In this document: one piece after another, positions 27,165-37,390 of the stretch
Position numbering within the stretch: the stretch's first letter is position 1
Layout of the letters: each line of letters opens with the position of its first letter
Origin: Verrucomicrobiota bacterium
Lineage (GTDB): Bacteria > Verrucomicrobiota > Verrucomicrobiia > Opitutales > Seribacteraceae
Assembly (NCBI GenBank): GCA_028343845.1
Contig: JAOLZO010000004.1
Coordinates: forward strand, 1-64,000
Direction: 5' to 3'
DNA length: 64,000 nucleotides
Program-made: the position numbers and the translations under genes
Notes under the pieces: model-generated
Databases searched by the model: none
Seen by the model: only the letters and a program-made list of their open reading frames with translations
What the model was told of the DNA's origin: nothing

Positions 27165-27911
27165 CTAAGTTATCCCCTGCTGTCTCTTGCGGAAGCTCAA
27201 GGGCGTCATGCTCATCATCTTCTTGAAGCTTCGGGTAAAGTGGGCATGGTCGTGAAATCCGCACTCCTTCGAAATCCGGGCAATCGGACGGGCGGTGAAA
27301 GTCAATAACCTGGCCGCTGAATCGACCCGTAATCTCAACAGATACTGCCTCGGGGACGAACCCAAACCTCGCCGGAACCGACGTTCGAATTGGCTAACCG
27401 ACATTCCTGCAATCTTGGCTAGTTCAGGAGTATTAATCGGTTCGTTGAAATTCTTCTTCAGGTACTCGAGAGCCTCGGCAAATTGATCGGCAGTGCCCGA
27501 ACGTCCACTCAATCGGTCGACTTCGCGCGAAAAGCCAGCCAACCCGATCACCTCCCCTTTATCGTTTCGCAAGGGAATCTTGCTCGTAACAACCATCCGG
27601 TCAGATCCCGGATAGGGATAAGGTTGGATTCGGTTCTCGATCGGCTGACCGCTTTCCATAACTGCGAAATCGTCCGAACGAAAAGCATCTGCGCTCTCTT
27701 CAGGAAAATAATCGTGATCGGTCTTCCCCAGAGCATCCTCCTCCTGAGACACACCCAAATATTCGCAAGTCTTGCGATTGAGCGCAACAAAACGACTCTC
27801 CTTGTCCTTTAGGTAAAAAGCGATTTCGGGCAAAAGGTCGAAAACCTTTATTATTTGGTTGTCATGGGTAAGGCTCTTGAAAAATTCCTCCCTGATGCTT
27901 GCATCTGCCAT
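27165..27911 (-). CDS. AraC-family transcriptional regulator with an N-terminal PAS-like sensor domain.
   Basis: The C-terminal HTH_AraC region (ISKECGFHDHAHFTRSFKKMMSMTPLSFRKR) and the N-terminal FYLKDKESRFVALNRKTCEYLG PAS-like region. Confidence 0.8.
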   Translation of the reverse strand: MADASIREEFFKSLTHDNQIIKVFDLLPEIAFYLKDKESRFVALNRKTCEYLGVSQEEDALGKTDHDYFPEESADAFRSDDFAVMESGQPIENRIQPYPYPGSDRMVVTSKIPLRNDKGEVIGLAGFSREVDRLSGRSGTADQFAEALEYLKKNFNEPINTPELAKIAGMSVSQFERRFRRGLGSSPRQYLLRLRVDSAARLLTFTARPIARISKECGFHDHAHFTRSFKKMMSMTPLSFRKRQQGIT

Positions 27912-28036
27912 TGCTGAAAACTACAAGAAAACCTTTACCAGTTGCAAGACTTTGCTCCACCGGGCGGCTTAGAAAAGCCATGAACTTTCGGTTCTCAGCG
28001 CATGGGTATTGAGAGACGCCTGCTCATGCCGGCGCC

Positions 28037-28921
28037 TTAAGTGCCTGGAACAGGATGAAAACGAGATTTTTTGCGATAATCCAAGGGAGTCATCCCCTTG
28101 ATCTTCCTGAATCTGCGATTGAAATTCGAAAGGTTAGAGAAGCCGACTGCAAAACAAATCTCAACAACCGTCTTGTCCGATTGCTGAAGAAGCCAGCAAG
28201 CTTGGCTGATTCTAAGTTCATTAAGAAAGACGATGAAACTTCTTCCCGTAGCCTTCTTGAAAAATCGACTGAATGACTCGGGAGAAATGCCGAAAAACTT
28301 GGCAATCTCCGTAAGCCGAAGCTCTTCTGATTGATGCTTGTAGATGTAGCTTAAGACCTCGTTGAGGCGGCCTTCCCGACTCAAGTTAAGCAAGGGCGAA
28401 TAGGCAACCCCAGCCAAGTATTCGATTTCTTCACAGTTGGAAAGAAAATCGAGTAGTTCGATGAATAAAACAATGCGACGGGGGCCGTTCAATCCATTCA
28501 GTTCTTCCAACATCCGAGCCCCTCGCCTAGCGGATTCTTCGAGAAAGCGGATCCCCCTCATCGAGCGTTCGATCAAATCCGCAATTCCTTTTGTTTCCTC
28601 CATTTGGTCGAGCTTTTGGCCTAGACAATCCACACCAAACTGAAGCACGCTTGCCCGGGCCCAGCTTTTGGATCGGCTATCCCCAGAATCGTTTACGTAA
28701 ACATGCGGAAGATTCGGCCCATGCAAAACCAAGTCTCCCTCCTCAAAAGAACCTACGTGGTCACCAACCACCCTGCGACCGCAGCTGGAGGAGACGTATG
28801 TCAACTCGACCTCCGGATGATAGTGAAAAGGGGCATCAAAGAATGGATGCCTTATTCTTTTCAAAAGAAAGACACTCCGGTCCATTGACGCAATTTTTTC
28901 TACGATTGGTTTCAACGGCAT
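28037..28921 (-). CDS. AraC-family transcriptional regulator with an N-terminal cupin (AraC_binding) domain.
   Basis: The cupin segment HYHPEVELTYV...GDLVLHGPNLPHVY and the C-terminal HTH CFAVGFSNLSNFNRRFRKIKGMTPLDYR. I placed the start at MPLKPIV (28921); the tracked extension to 28951 uses a TTG. Confidence 0.8.
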   Translation of the reverse strand: MPLKPIVEKIASMDRSVFLLKRIRHPFFDAPFHYHPEVELTYVSSSCGRRVVGDHVGSFEEGDLVLHGPNLPHVYVNDSGDSRSKSWARASVLQFGVDCLGQKLDQMEETKGIADLIERSMRGIRFLEESARRGARMLEELNGLNGPRRIVLFIELLDFLSNCEEIEYLAGVAYSPLLNLSREGRLNEVLSYIYKHQSEELRLTEIAKFFGISPESFSRFFKKATGRSFIVFLNELRISQACWLLQQSDKTVVEICFAVGFSNLSNFNRRFRKIKGMTPLDYRKKSRFHPVPGT

Positions 28922-28935
28922 TACAAAGTTATATT

Positions 28936-28951
28936 TTGATACCGATATCAA
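28936..28951. promoter_or_regulatory. A 6-4-6 inverted repeat TTGATA-CCGA-TATCAA in the divergent promoter region between the AraC(cupin) gene and the PSCyt/DUF1501 pair 2 operon.
   Basis: Read directly from the sequence. It lies 15-30 nt upstream of the AraC ATG and ~45 nt upstream of the PSCyt start at 28997. A TAAAAT at 28962-28967 could be the -10 element for the plus-strand operon. Confidence 0.3.
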
Positions 28952-28996
28952 CCTTAAATGTTAAAATAGTATTACTTTTTCAGGAAAAAGTAGTAG

Positions 28997-31996
28997 ATGA
29001 AGCGAGAAAGCGAAGCTATAATATCGCACTTCAAATTAAGCGTGAACTATACATACAAGTCTTCCTTTCATAATCTGCGTTCCGGTTACCGGCACTGGAT
29101 TTTTCTTCTTTCCCTGCCCTTCGCCTCAAGCTTAGCCGGTGAAATCTCCTTTAACCGGGATATTCGCCCCATTCTGTCCGCCAATTGCTTTTCCTGCCAC
29201 GGTCCTGACAAAAAAGCCCGCAAAGCAAAGTTGCGACTGGACACGCAGGAAGGCGCCTTGTTCGATCTCGGGGGTTATCGGGCCCTCGAACCGGGCAAAG
29301 CGGACGACAGCGAACTCATCCTGCGGGTCGAGAGCAATGACCCCGATGAGGTTATGCCCCCTCCGGACAGCGGTCATGAACTCACCGAAAATGATCGAAA
29401 AGTACTTAGACAATGGGTAAACGCCGGCGGCAAATACGAGACTCACTGGTCTTTCAAACGCCCAGTGAAAGCCCCTTTGCCCAAAACAAACAGGACGGAT
29501 TGGCCTTTGCTTCCTCTGGATCACTTTATCCTAAGTAAACTTGAGTCCAATGGAATGAAACCATCCCGTGACTTGGATCGTCATCGCTGGATTCGCCGCG
29601 TATCACTCGACCTGACCGGTCTTCCGCCAACACCAGAGGACGCCGATTCCTTTGCCGCAGACAAGGGAGAAGATGCCTATGAAAAGGTGGTGGACCGATT
29701 GCTATCGTCCAATACTTATGGCGAACATTGGGCCCGCATGTGGCTCGACCTAGCTCGTTTTGCCGACACCAAAGGATACGAAAAAGACCGGCACCGTGAC
29801 GTCTGGAGATACCGGGATTGGGTAATCGACGCCTTCAACAAGGATATGCCTTTCGATCAGTTTACCACCGAACAGCTGGCTGGTGATTTGTTACCCGAAC
29901 CAACTGCAGGGCAAATGCTCGCAACGGCCTTTCATCGCAACACCATGGAAAACGATGAGGGAGGTACCGACAACGAAGAGTTCCGCGTCGCAGCGGTGAA
30001 GGACCGGGTAGACACAACGGTTCAGGTTTGGATGGGACTGACGATGGGTTGCGCCAAATGCCATTCCCACAAGTATGATCCGATAAGCATCGAGGACTAT
30101 TACTCCTTCTATGCCATCTTCAACCAAACCGAGGATGCCGACCAGGTAACCCCGGTCATGCCCTTTCCAACCGCGGATCAAAGCATTGGGATGAAGGAAC
30201 TGGAAGACGAGATTGACAGCCTCAAAGAACGGATCAAATCAAAGCCCGATGGATTTTCCGAAGCGCTTGCCAAGTGGAAGAAGCAACTTGAAAAAAACCC
30301 ACTTTGGACACCACTCAGGCTATTGAAAATGGAATCGAAAGGGAAGGTCACCCTCAGTCAGTCAAAAAACGGAACCCTGAGCGTGAACAAGGAAAACCCC
30401 GAAAAGGATACTTGGATCCTGACCCTAAGGGTTCCGGAAGGAAAACCTCTCAGGGCAATCCGCATCGATGCCTTACCCAAGAAGAAAGGGGGGGAATGGA
30501 AGGACAAAAACGTGGCCCTGCGCGAGTTGACCGTTGAATGGATCGAGGTCGGAAAGCCACCCGTTCCCCTTACTTTGAAAAACCCCAGAGCCGATTTCTC
30601 TCAACGGGGCTGGGAGGTAGCCAAGGCGATTGACGGAAAGACCAATGCAGGATGGGCCTTCTCCCCCAAAGCATCGGAACGGCACGTCGCCATCTTCGAT
30701 TTTGCAAATCCGGTTTCGGGCGGTCGCCTCAAGGTAACGCTCGAGCAGGAGTATGGGCAGGGTCTGCTTTTTGAAAAATTCAGGATATCCGCCAGCACTC
30801 ATTTGACCAAATGGCTGACTCCTCAAGTGGATCTCACGCGTGGCCTCAACCAGCTTTTCGAGAAGGTGGAATTTCCACAAACCCGCAAACTGCATACGCA
30901 ACTGGAATCTCTCAACCAGAGGTTGGGAAAGCTCAAAAACGGACTTACCAAGATTCCGATCATGCGCGAGCGTCCTCCCTCCCGGCATCGGGAAAACCGT
31001 ATCCATAATCGGGGAAACTTTCTCGATCAAGGAGATAAGGTCCAACCCCACGTCCCGAAGGTGTTTGGCCAATTGCCGAAGGACGCAAAAGCGAATCGGC
31101 TAGGCGTTTCTCATTGGCTGATGCAACCGGAGAACCCCTTGACCGCTCGGGTCATGGTGAATCGGGTCTGGGCACGATTGTTCGGCAAAGGTCTCGTTGA
31201 AACCGAGGAGGACTTCGGCTCCCAGGGACTCATGCCCTCGCACCCTCAGCTTCTTGATTGGCTTGCCATCGACTACCGGGAAAACGGTTGGTCACTGAAG
31301 AAAATGCTCCGCACGATCGTACTCTCCAGAACCTATCGGCAAAGCTCCTTCCTGAGCCCGCAATCCCTTGCCTCGGATCCGGTGAACCGGTTTCTCGGTC
31401 GAGGTCCCAGGTTTCGCTTGTCCGCCGAGGTCCTGCGAGATCAATCCCTTTTTGCCTCAGGGCTACTTACCAGGGAAATCGGTGGACCTTCAGTCATGCC
31501 TCCCCAACCACCCGGAGTTTGGAAATCTACCTACAGCGGAGAAAAATGGAAAAACGCAACCGGTCCGGACCGTTACCGCCGGGCCCTTTACACTTACTTG
31601 AAGCGCACGAGCCCCCATCCTGCCATGATCACTTTCGATGCGGGCTCCGGCGAGGTTTGTCAAATCCGTAGAATCCGCACCAACACACCTCTCCAAGCGC
31701 TCATCACTCTGAATGACGAGGCCTATGTGGAAGCGAGCGGAGCCCTCGCCACCCTTATGCTGAAATCTTCGGACGTGCTCGCCCAACAAATCACCTTTGG
31801 GTTCAGGAAAACTCTGATCCGCAAGCCGGATTCCGAGGAGCTCAAAAGGCTGATCGAACTCTACCGTCAACTCGAACCGGAGTTTTCCAAGAAAGAGGAC
31901 TTTCTGGCCTCCGCCAAACTGAAGACGGGCGATCCTGCCATGGTTGCTCTTGCCAGCGTGTTGCTCAACTTGGATGAAACCCTTATGAAGCCTTGA
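28997..31996 (+). CDS. PSCyt-type protein (CxxCH, DUF1549 and DUF1553) with an internal F5/8-type-C (discoidin-like) region. Pair 2.
   Basis: NCFSCHGPD heme motif; DLARFADTKGYEKDRHRDVWRYRDW; the WEVAKAIDGKTNAGWAF discoidin-like segment; C-terminal DUF1553. Confidence 0.85.
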   Translation: MKRESEAIISHFKLSVNYTYKSSFHNLRSGYRHWIFLLSLPFASSLAGEISFNRDIRPILSANCFSCHGPDKKARKAKLRLDTQEGALFDLGGYRALEPGKADDSELILRVESNDPDEVMPPPDSGHELTENDRKVLRQWVNAGGKYETHWSFKRPVKAPLPKTNRTDWPLLPLDHFILSKLESNGMKPSRDLDRHRWIRRVSLDLTGLPPTPEDADSFAADKGEDAYEKVVDRLLSSNTYGEHWARMWLDLARFADTKGYEKDRHRDVWRYRDWVIDAFNKDMPFDQFTTEQLAGDLLPEPTAGQMLATAFHRNTMENDEGGTDNEEFRVAAVKDRVDTTVQVWMGLTMGCAKCHSHKYDPISIEDYYSFYAIFNQTEDADQVTPVMPFPTADQSIGMKELEDEIDSLKERIKSKPDGFSEALAKWKKQLEKNPLWTPLRLLKMESKGKVTLSQSKNGTLSVNKENPEKDTWILTLRVPEGKPLRAIRIDALPKKKGGEWKDKNVALRELTVEWIEVGKPPVPLTLKNPRADFSQRGWEVAKAIDGKTNAGWAFSPKASERHVAIFDFANPVSGGRLKVTLEQEYGQGLLFEKFRISASTHLTKWLTPQVDLTRGLNQLFEKVEFPQTRKLHTQLESLNQRLGKLKNGLTKIPIMRERPPSRHRENRIHNRGNFLDQGDKVQPHVPKVFGQLPKDAKANRLGVSHWLMQPENPLTARVMVNRVWARLFGKGLVETEEDFGSQGLMPSHPQLLDWLAIDYRENGWSLKKMLRTIVLSRTYRQSSFLSPQSLASDPVNRFLGRGPRFRLSAEVLRDQSLFASGLLTREIGGPSVMPPQPPGVWKSTYSGEKWKNATGPDRYRRALYTYLKRTSPHPAMITFDAGSGEVCQIRRIRTNTPLQALITLNDEAYVEASGALATLMLKSSDVLAQQITFGFRKTLIRKPDSEELKRLIELYRQLEPEFSKKEDFLASAKLKTGDPAMVALASVLLNLDETLMKP

Positions 31997-32000
31997 TCCC

Positions 32001-33503
32001 ATGAATTTGCCCAACAGCCTGCAAAATACCCAAGCCATCACTAGGCGCCATTTTTTCGGACAGACCGGGCTAGGTTTCGGATCCATCGCCCTGAGCCAGC
32101 TTTTGGCCAATAACGGTCATGCGGCGAAGCAAAAGGGATTCCGTATTCCCGCCAAGGCGAAATCGATCATTTACCTGCACATGGCCGGATCTCCCTCGCA
32201 GATCGATCTCTTCGAAAACAAACCCGCCTTGACCAAGTTCCATGGAAAGGATTGTCCGAAGGAATACCTGGAGGGTAAACGCTTCGCCTTCATCAAGGGC
32301 ACCCCCAAGATGATGGGTCCGGTTTTTGACTACAAGAAACATGGGCAGAGCGGACAATGGGTGAGCGAACTCATGCCCGGCCTAAGCTCGGTGATCGATG
32401 ACGTTTGCATGATCCGCTCCATGCACACCGAACAGTTCAACCATTCCCCCGCCCAGCTCCTCCTCCAAACGGGCAATTCCCTCCTGGGCTATCCCTCGAT
32501 GGGCTCATGGATAACCTACGGTCTGGGGAGCTCGAATGAAAACCTGCCCGGCTTCGTAGTCCTCGCATCCGGCGGCAAGACGCCCAGCGCAGGCAAGTCC
32601 CTCTGGGGCTCCGGCTTCCTCCCTACCCTCTATCAAGGCGTACAATGCCGCACGGACGGAGGGGATCCGATCCTTTATCTTTCCGACCCCAAGGGACTGA
32701 GCCGCAAAGCCCGTCGCAAAACGCTCGATGCCATCCGGGACCTCAATGAATACCAGCACAAGCACGTGGGTGACCCGGAAACCCTGACACGGATTTCCCA
32801 ATACGAACTGGCCTTCCGCATGCAAATGTCCGTTCCCGAAGTAATGGACTTGAAAAAGGAACCCGAACACGTGCTCAAGCTGTACGGGGCCAAGCCCGGT
32901 CACGTTTCCGAATCCGAATCGGCGGCAGACCCACGCCGCCTCTACAAAGGCAACGATCCGACCTTTGCCAATAACTGCCTCTTGGCCCGACGCTTGGTCG
33001 AGAATGGGGTTCGCTTCGTCCAACTCTACGACTGGGGATGGGATCATCACGGTTCCTCTCCGGGGGAATCGATCGACGAAACCCTCCCCATAAAATGCCA
33101 ACAAATCGACCGTGCCATTGCCGGGCTTATAACCGATCTCAAACAGCGTGGCCTTTTTGAAGAAACCTTGATCGTATGGGGGGGGGAATTCGGCCGTACG
33201 CCAATGATGCAAAACAACAGAAACTCGACCCTCAAAAAAGGCTTCTACGGTCGCGACCACCACCCGCACGCTTTTACCATGTGGATGGCCGGAGCCGGCA
33301 TCAAGCCGGGGGCCTACGGCCAAACGGACGACATCGGCTATTACATTGCCGAGAACCCGGTCGGAATCCGCGACCTCCAGTCCACCATCCTTCATCAAAT
33401 CGGTCTCGATCCTCATCGTTTCAGCTTTGCCTATCAAGGTCTCAACCAGAGGCTCATTGGTCCGACCGAGGAAGGGAAAGTCATCAAGGGCATCCTCGCC
33501 TGA
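32001..33503 (+). CDS. DUF1501-family Tat-secreted protein. Pair 2.
   Basis: TRRHFFGQTG Tat motif, with GGEFGRT and RDHHP. The start is 5 bp after the upstream stop. Confidence 0.85.
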   Translation: MNLPNSLQNTQAITRRHFFGQTGLGFGSIALSQLLANNGHAAKQKGFRIPAKAKSIIYLHMAGSPSQIDLFENKPALTKFHGKDCPKEYLEGKRFAFIKGTPKMMGPVFDYKKHGQSGQWVSELMPGLSSVIDDVCMIRSMHTEQFNHSPAQLLLQTGNSLLGYPSMGSWITYGLGSSNENLPGFVVLASGGKTPSAGKSLWGSGFLPTLYQGVQCRTDGGDPILYLSDPKGLSRKARRKTLDAIRDLNEYQHKHVGDPETLTRISQYELAFRMQMSVPEVMDLKKEPEHVLKLYGAKPGHVSESESAADPRRLYKGNDPTFANNCLLARRLVENGVRFVQLYDWGWDHHGSSPGESIDETLPIKCQQIDRAIAGLITDLKQRGLFEETLIVWGGEFGRTPMMQNNRNSTLKKGFYGRDHHPHAFTMWMAGAGIKPGAYGQTDDIGYYIAENPVGIRDLQSTILHQIGLDPHRFSFAYQGLNQRLIGPTEEGKVIKGILA

Positions 33504-33518
33504 AGCCCTGCGTTTTTT

Positions 33519-34940
33519 TTGATTATTGGACATATGATCAAGACTCCAGTGAACGGGCTTACCCTACCCTGGCGCTTCCTCCTGCCTTTTTTCTGCCTAG
33601 GAATTCTCCCATGTTCATATTCAACCCCCGACAAGGAAAGCCTCTTCCCCGTATCCCCTAGCCCGCAAAAGCTAAGCCCTCTCATGGAAAGGGAGCTTCG
33701 AGGCTGCTTTGATTTCTTTTGGAAAGAATGGAACTCCGACCCAAAGAGTCCGACCTATGGGATGACGAACGGCGATTATATTGGAATCCACAATTACGTT
33801 CCCTTGGCAATCGAGGAACAAGGGTTCTACTTCACCGCCATCATAATCGGCGTGGAACGGGGATGGATTTCCAGGGAAGAGGGTGAGAAACGAATCCTCA
33901 TTACCCTCAAGACCCTTAGAAAACTGAAGCGTATCAATGGATTCTGGTACCACTTTATCGACCCCGATACCGGCAAAAGAGGTTGGAAGGATTCGCATAA
34001 CATCGAGCTTAGCAACGCCTCTGCGGGAACAATGCTTTTGGGAGCCTTGGCCGCTGCGGAATATTTTGGCGGAGAGATCCAAAAGCTTACCAACGAGCTG
34101 TACGCTCAGATGAATTGGAAATGGTTCACCAACCCGGAAACCAAACATCCCTACCTTGCCTGTTATCCGGAGGATCTCCCGAAGAAAGTTCCTCATGGAA
34201 TCAACAAAGATGGAATGTTCGGTGGATGGTCCGCCTACAGTGAACATATTTTTCTCTATATTTTGGCAGCCGGTTCTCCCAATCCGGACTTCGCCACGGG
34301 GGCGGATTCCTACTATGCGATGAAAACCTACAAAGGTAGCTACAAGGGCGAAACCTTCATCTTTTGCGGATCGGGCGCCGCCTTCACCTACCAATGGACG
34401 CATGCATTCATCGACTTCCGTAACCTTCGAGACAAATTGGATCGAAATTGGTTTGATAATTCCCGCCACGCCGCCCTGGCCGCTAGGCAATACGCAATCG
34501 ACAATGCTCACCGCATCAAGGGCCTCGGTCCTAACTCGTGGGGCATGTCCGCATCCATAAGTCCGTCTACCGGATACAGCGGGTTCTACGGCTCCCATCC
34601 GATTGGCCATGGACACAAGCTTTTGGAGGATGGAACGGTGGCGCCCTACGGCGCCCTATCCTTCCTCCCCTTTACTCCCATAGAATCGAAAGCCGCCCTC
34701 GAGCACATGTACAAGATTCCGGGGTTGGTCGGAAAGTACGGCCTCTACGATGCATACAGTTACGTTACCAAAGCCAAGGGCGACCAGCCTTGGATTGCCA
34801 AAAGCTACTTGGGGATCGACAAGGGCTTGGTTCTTTTGATGTTCGAGAATTACTCCACGCAGCTCATTTGGCGCCTGCTTCATCAAAACGCTCATATCCA
34901 AAAAGGCTTGAAAGTATTGCAGTTCGAATTGAAAAAGTAA
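33519..34940 (+). CDS. Hypothetical secreted protein, possibly an (alpha/alpha)6-barrel glycoside-hydrolase-like (glucoamylase/DUF3131-like) protein.
   Basis: A signal/TM segment LTLPWRFLLPFFCLGILPC. The helical-repeat composition and motifs (GFWYHFIDPDTG, YGSHPIGHGHKLLEDGTVAPYGALSFLPF) recall GH144/glucoamylase-like folds. This assignment is weak. Confidence 0.45.
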   Translation: MIIGHMIKTPVNGLTLPWRFLLPFFCLGILPCSYSTPDKESLFPVSPSPQKLSPLMERELRGCFDFFWKEWNSDPKSPTYGMTNGDYIGIHNYVPLAIEEQGFYFTAIIIGVERGWISREEGEKRILITLKTLRKLKRINGFWYHFIDPDTGKRGWKDSHNIELSNASAGTMLLGALAAAEYFGGEIQKLTNELYAQMNWKWFTNPETKHPYLACYPEDLPKKVPHGINKDGMFGGWSAYSEHIFLYILAAGSPNPDFATGADSYYAMKTYKGSYKGETFIFCGSGAAFTYQWTHAFIDFRNLRDKLDRNWFDNSRHAALAARQYAIDNAHRIKGLGPNSWGMSASISPSTGYSGFYGSHPIGHGHKLLEDGTVAPYGALSFLPFTPIESKAALEHMYKIPGLVGKYGLYDAYSYVTKAKGDQPWIAKSYLGIDKGLVLLMFENYSTQLIWRLLHQNAHIQKGLKVLQFELKK

Positions 34941-34957
34941 CATTACGTTAATCTAAA

Positions 34958-37390
34958 ATGTTTGTCATAAGAAAATTGATCCGGATCGTCTTTCGCATCT
35001 CCCTTGTCGGCGGGTGCATCATTTGCTCAGCCTTCGCCGCCCATGCAAAGGAAGTATCCTTTGGCAGAGACGTTTTCCCCATTCTTTCAGACCGGTGCTT
35101 CGCATGCCATGGTCCGGATGCTCATGATCGTAAGGCAAAGCTTCGACTGGATTTTGCTGATGGTCCGGACGGCGCGTACCGAACGCATGACGACGTCACT
35201 GCCATCAAACCGGGTTCACTCGAGGACAGCGAACTGTGGTACCGGATCACCACGGATGATCCGGATGACCTGATGCCTCCTGCGAAAGCGCACAAGAAAC
35301 CGCTCACCAAGGAAGAGCAATCAGTCATCAAGCAATGGATCGAAGCAGGCGCCCCCTACGAACGCTTCTGGGCATTCGTCCCGCCCAAGAAACCGAAGAC
35401 TCCAAAGGTGAAGAACGATTCCTGGAGCAAGCTCCCCATCGACCAGCTTGTTTTGGCCAAGCTCGAGTCCTTAGACATCCAGCCAGCGAACGATGCTGAC
35501 AAAAGAACTCTGATCAGACGGGTTACCTTCGACTTGACCGGTCTGCCCCCCACTCGGGAGGAAATCAAGGCATTCTTGGGAGACAAACGCCCTGAAGCAT
35601 ACGAGGCTTTGGTCGATCGATTGTTGGCCAGAAAACAATATGGTGAACACATGGCTCGGTACTGGTTGGACTTGGTCCGTTTTGCCGACACCAATGGAAT
35701 GCACAAGGACTTTTACCGAAATTTCATCGCTTACCGGGATTGGATAATCAGGGCTTTCAATGAAAACTTGGGCTATGACGACTTCGTTCGTTATCAATTG
35801 GCAGGTGACTTGTTCTCCGAACCAACCAACGATCAGCTCGTTGCTTCCGGGTTCAACCGTCTTCACCTGATCATTGACCGCGGTACCGCATTGCCCGAGG
35901 AGAGCTTCTTCAAGAACGTGCTCGACCGGGTCACGGCGACCGGCACTACCTTCATGGGAATGACCGTTCAGTGCGCGACCTGCCACGACCACAAGTATGA
36001 TCCTCTAACCCAAAAGGACTTCTATTCCTTGTTCGCTTTTTTCAATAATATCGATGCCGCTCCCGAAACCGGCGGGCGTCCCAAGAATGGCCTCCAACCA
36101 CCCTTTGTTGCACTGGGATCCCCCGCGCAGAAAAAGATGCTCGCCCAGTTGAACGAACAGCTCGCCGGAAGTGATCAAGCGCTCAAGGCAAAGAAGAAGG
36201 AATTGGCTTCCGAAAAGGACGCTGAGAAGAAGAAAGCTCATTCCCAGGAACTCAAATCCCTTACCGCCAAGTATAACGAGGTGAAAGGCAAACGTGACCG
36301 ACTGGATCGGGAAATTCCCAGGGCAATGGTAATGAAGGAACGCAAGGACATCCGGCCAACGCATATCAGGATAAGGGGGGAATACGACGCTCCCGGGGAA
36401 TTGGTTACCCGAAACACACCTGAATTCTTGCCCGCCCTCAAGAAAGCCGGAGAAAACGCATCCCGCATGGATCTTGCCGAATGGTTTGTCCAGCCGGGGA
36501 ACCCCCTCACCGCCCGGGTTGCAGCCAATCGCTTTTGGCAGCAATTCTTCGGAGTCGGTCTGGTAAAGACTTCCGAGGACTTGGGAGCCCAGGGCGAAGT
36601 CCCCAGTCATCCCGAGCTACTTGATCACCTGGCTGTTTCCTTCGTAGAATCAGGATGGAAGGTCAAGGCCCTGATCAAGCAAATCGTCCTGACGAAAACC
36701 TATCGCCAATCTTCCGTCTCCAAGACCGAGCACTTCGCCAAGGATCCTGAGAATCGAAATTTATCCAGAGGCTCCCGATTCAGAATGGATGCCGAAATGA
36801 TCCGCGATCAGATTTTGGCCACCAGCGGGTTGCTCGTGAATGCCATGTATGGCAAGAGCGTAAAACCCCCACAACCCGATGGCTTGTGGAAATCCGTCAC
36901 CATGATAGGCGAACGGTTCAAGCCGGATTCGGGAGACGCAATTTATCGACGCAGTCTCTACACATACTGGAAAAGGGGCATGCCGCCTCCCCAGATGACC
37001 ATCCTCAATGCCCCCGTCCGTGATGCCTGCATAGCGCGAAGAGAACGTACGAACACTCCATCCCAAGCTCTTTTGCTTCTGAACGAAGCCGAGTACCTGA
37101 AAGCGGCTCGCGAGCTTGCCGGGAAAACCTTGCAGACCAAGGACTCGGCGGGAAGATTGGATTTTGCTTACGAGACGGTAACCTCCAAGTTGCCGGATGA
37201 AAAGGAACGCAAAGTTCTTTCGGATCTCGTGAGCTCTCTTGAAAAAAACTACATCGAACAGCCGGCTCTGGCGGATGCGGTCTGTCAGGGAGTCGACCTG
37301 ACGGACGCCAAAAAGAAAGCCCAATTCGCGGCTTGGACCGTACTGGTCAACACTCTCTACAACCTGGATATCACCAAGACCCGTGAATAG
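34958..37390 (+). CDS. PSCyt-type protein (CxxCH, DUF1549 and DUF1553). Pair 3.
   Basis: RCFACHGPD; DLVRFADTNGMHKDFYRNFIAYRDW; a coiled-coil segment; C-terminal DUF1553. Confidence 0.85.
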   Translation: MFVIRKLIRIVFRISLVGGCIICSAFAAHAKEVSFGRDVFPILSDRCFACHGPDAHDRKAKLRLDFADGPDGAYRTHDDVTAIKPGSLEDSELWYRITTDDPDDLMPPAKAHKKPLTKEEQSVIKQWIEAGAPYERFWAFVPPKKPKTPKVKNDSWSKLPIDQLVLAKLESLDIQPANDADKRTLIRRVTFDLTGLPPTREEIKAFLGDKRPEAYEALVDRLLARKQYGEHMARYWLDLVRFADTNGMHKDFYRNFIAYRDWIIRAFNENLGYDDFVRYQLAGDLFSEPTNDQLVASGFNRLHLIIDRGTALPEESFFKNVLDRVTATGTTFMGMTVQCATCHDHKYDPLTQKDFYSLFAFFNNIDAAPETGGRPKNGLQPPFVALGSPAQKKMLAQLNEQLAGSDQALKAKKKELASEKDAEKKKAHSQELKSLTAKYNEVKGKRDRLDREIPRAMVMKERKDIRPTHIRIRGEYDAPGELVTRNTPEFLPALKKAGENASRMDLAEWFVQPGNPLTARVAANRFWQQFFGVGLVKTSEDLGAQGEVPSHPELLDHLAVSFVESGWKVKALIKQIVLTKTYRQSSVSKTEHFAKDPENRNLSRGSRFRMDAEMIRDQILATSGLLVNAMYGKSVKPPQPDGLWKSVTMIGERFKPDSGDAIYRRSLYTYWKRGMPPPQMTILNAPVRDACIARRERTNTPSQALLLLNEAEYLKAARELAGKTLQTKDSAGRLDFAYETVTSKLPDEKERKVLSDLVSSLEKNYIEQPALADAVCQGVDLTDAKKKAQFAAWTVLVNTLYNLDITKTRE

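Noticed and set aside
32505-33533. A 342-aa minus-strand ORF.
   Set aside because: It is antisense to DUF1501 pair-2 gene, which has a Tat signal and family motifs on the plus strand.
33672-34616. A 314-aa minus-strand ORF.
   Set aside because: It is antisense to the 33519-34940 plus-strand gene, which has a signal peptide and tight operon spacing with its neighbours.
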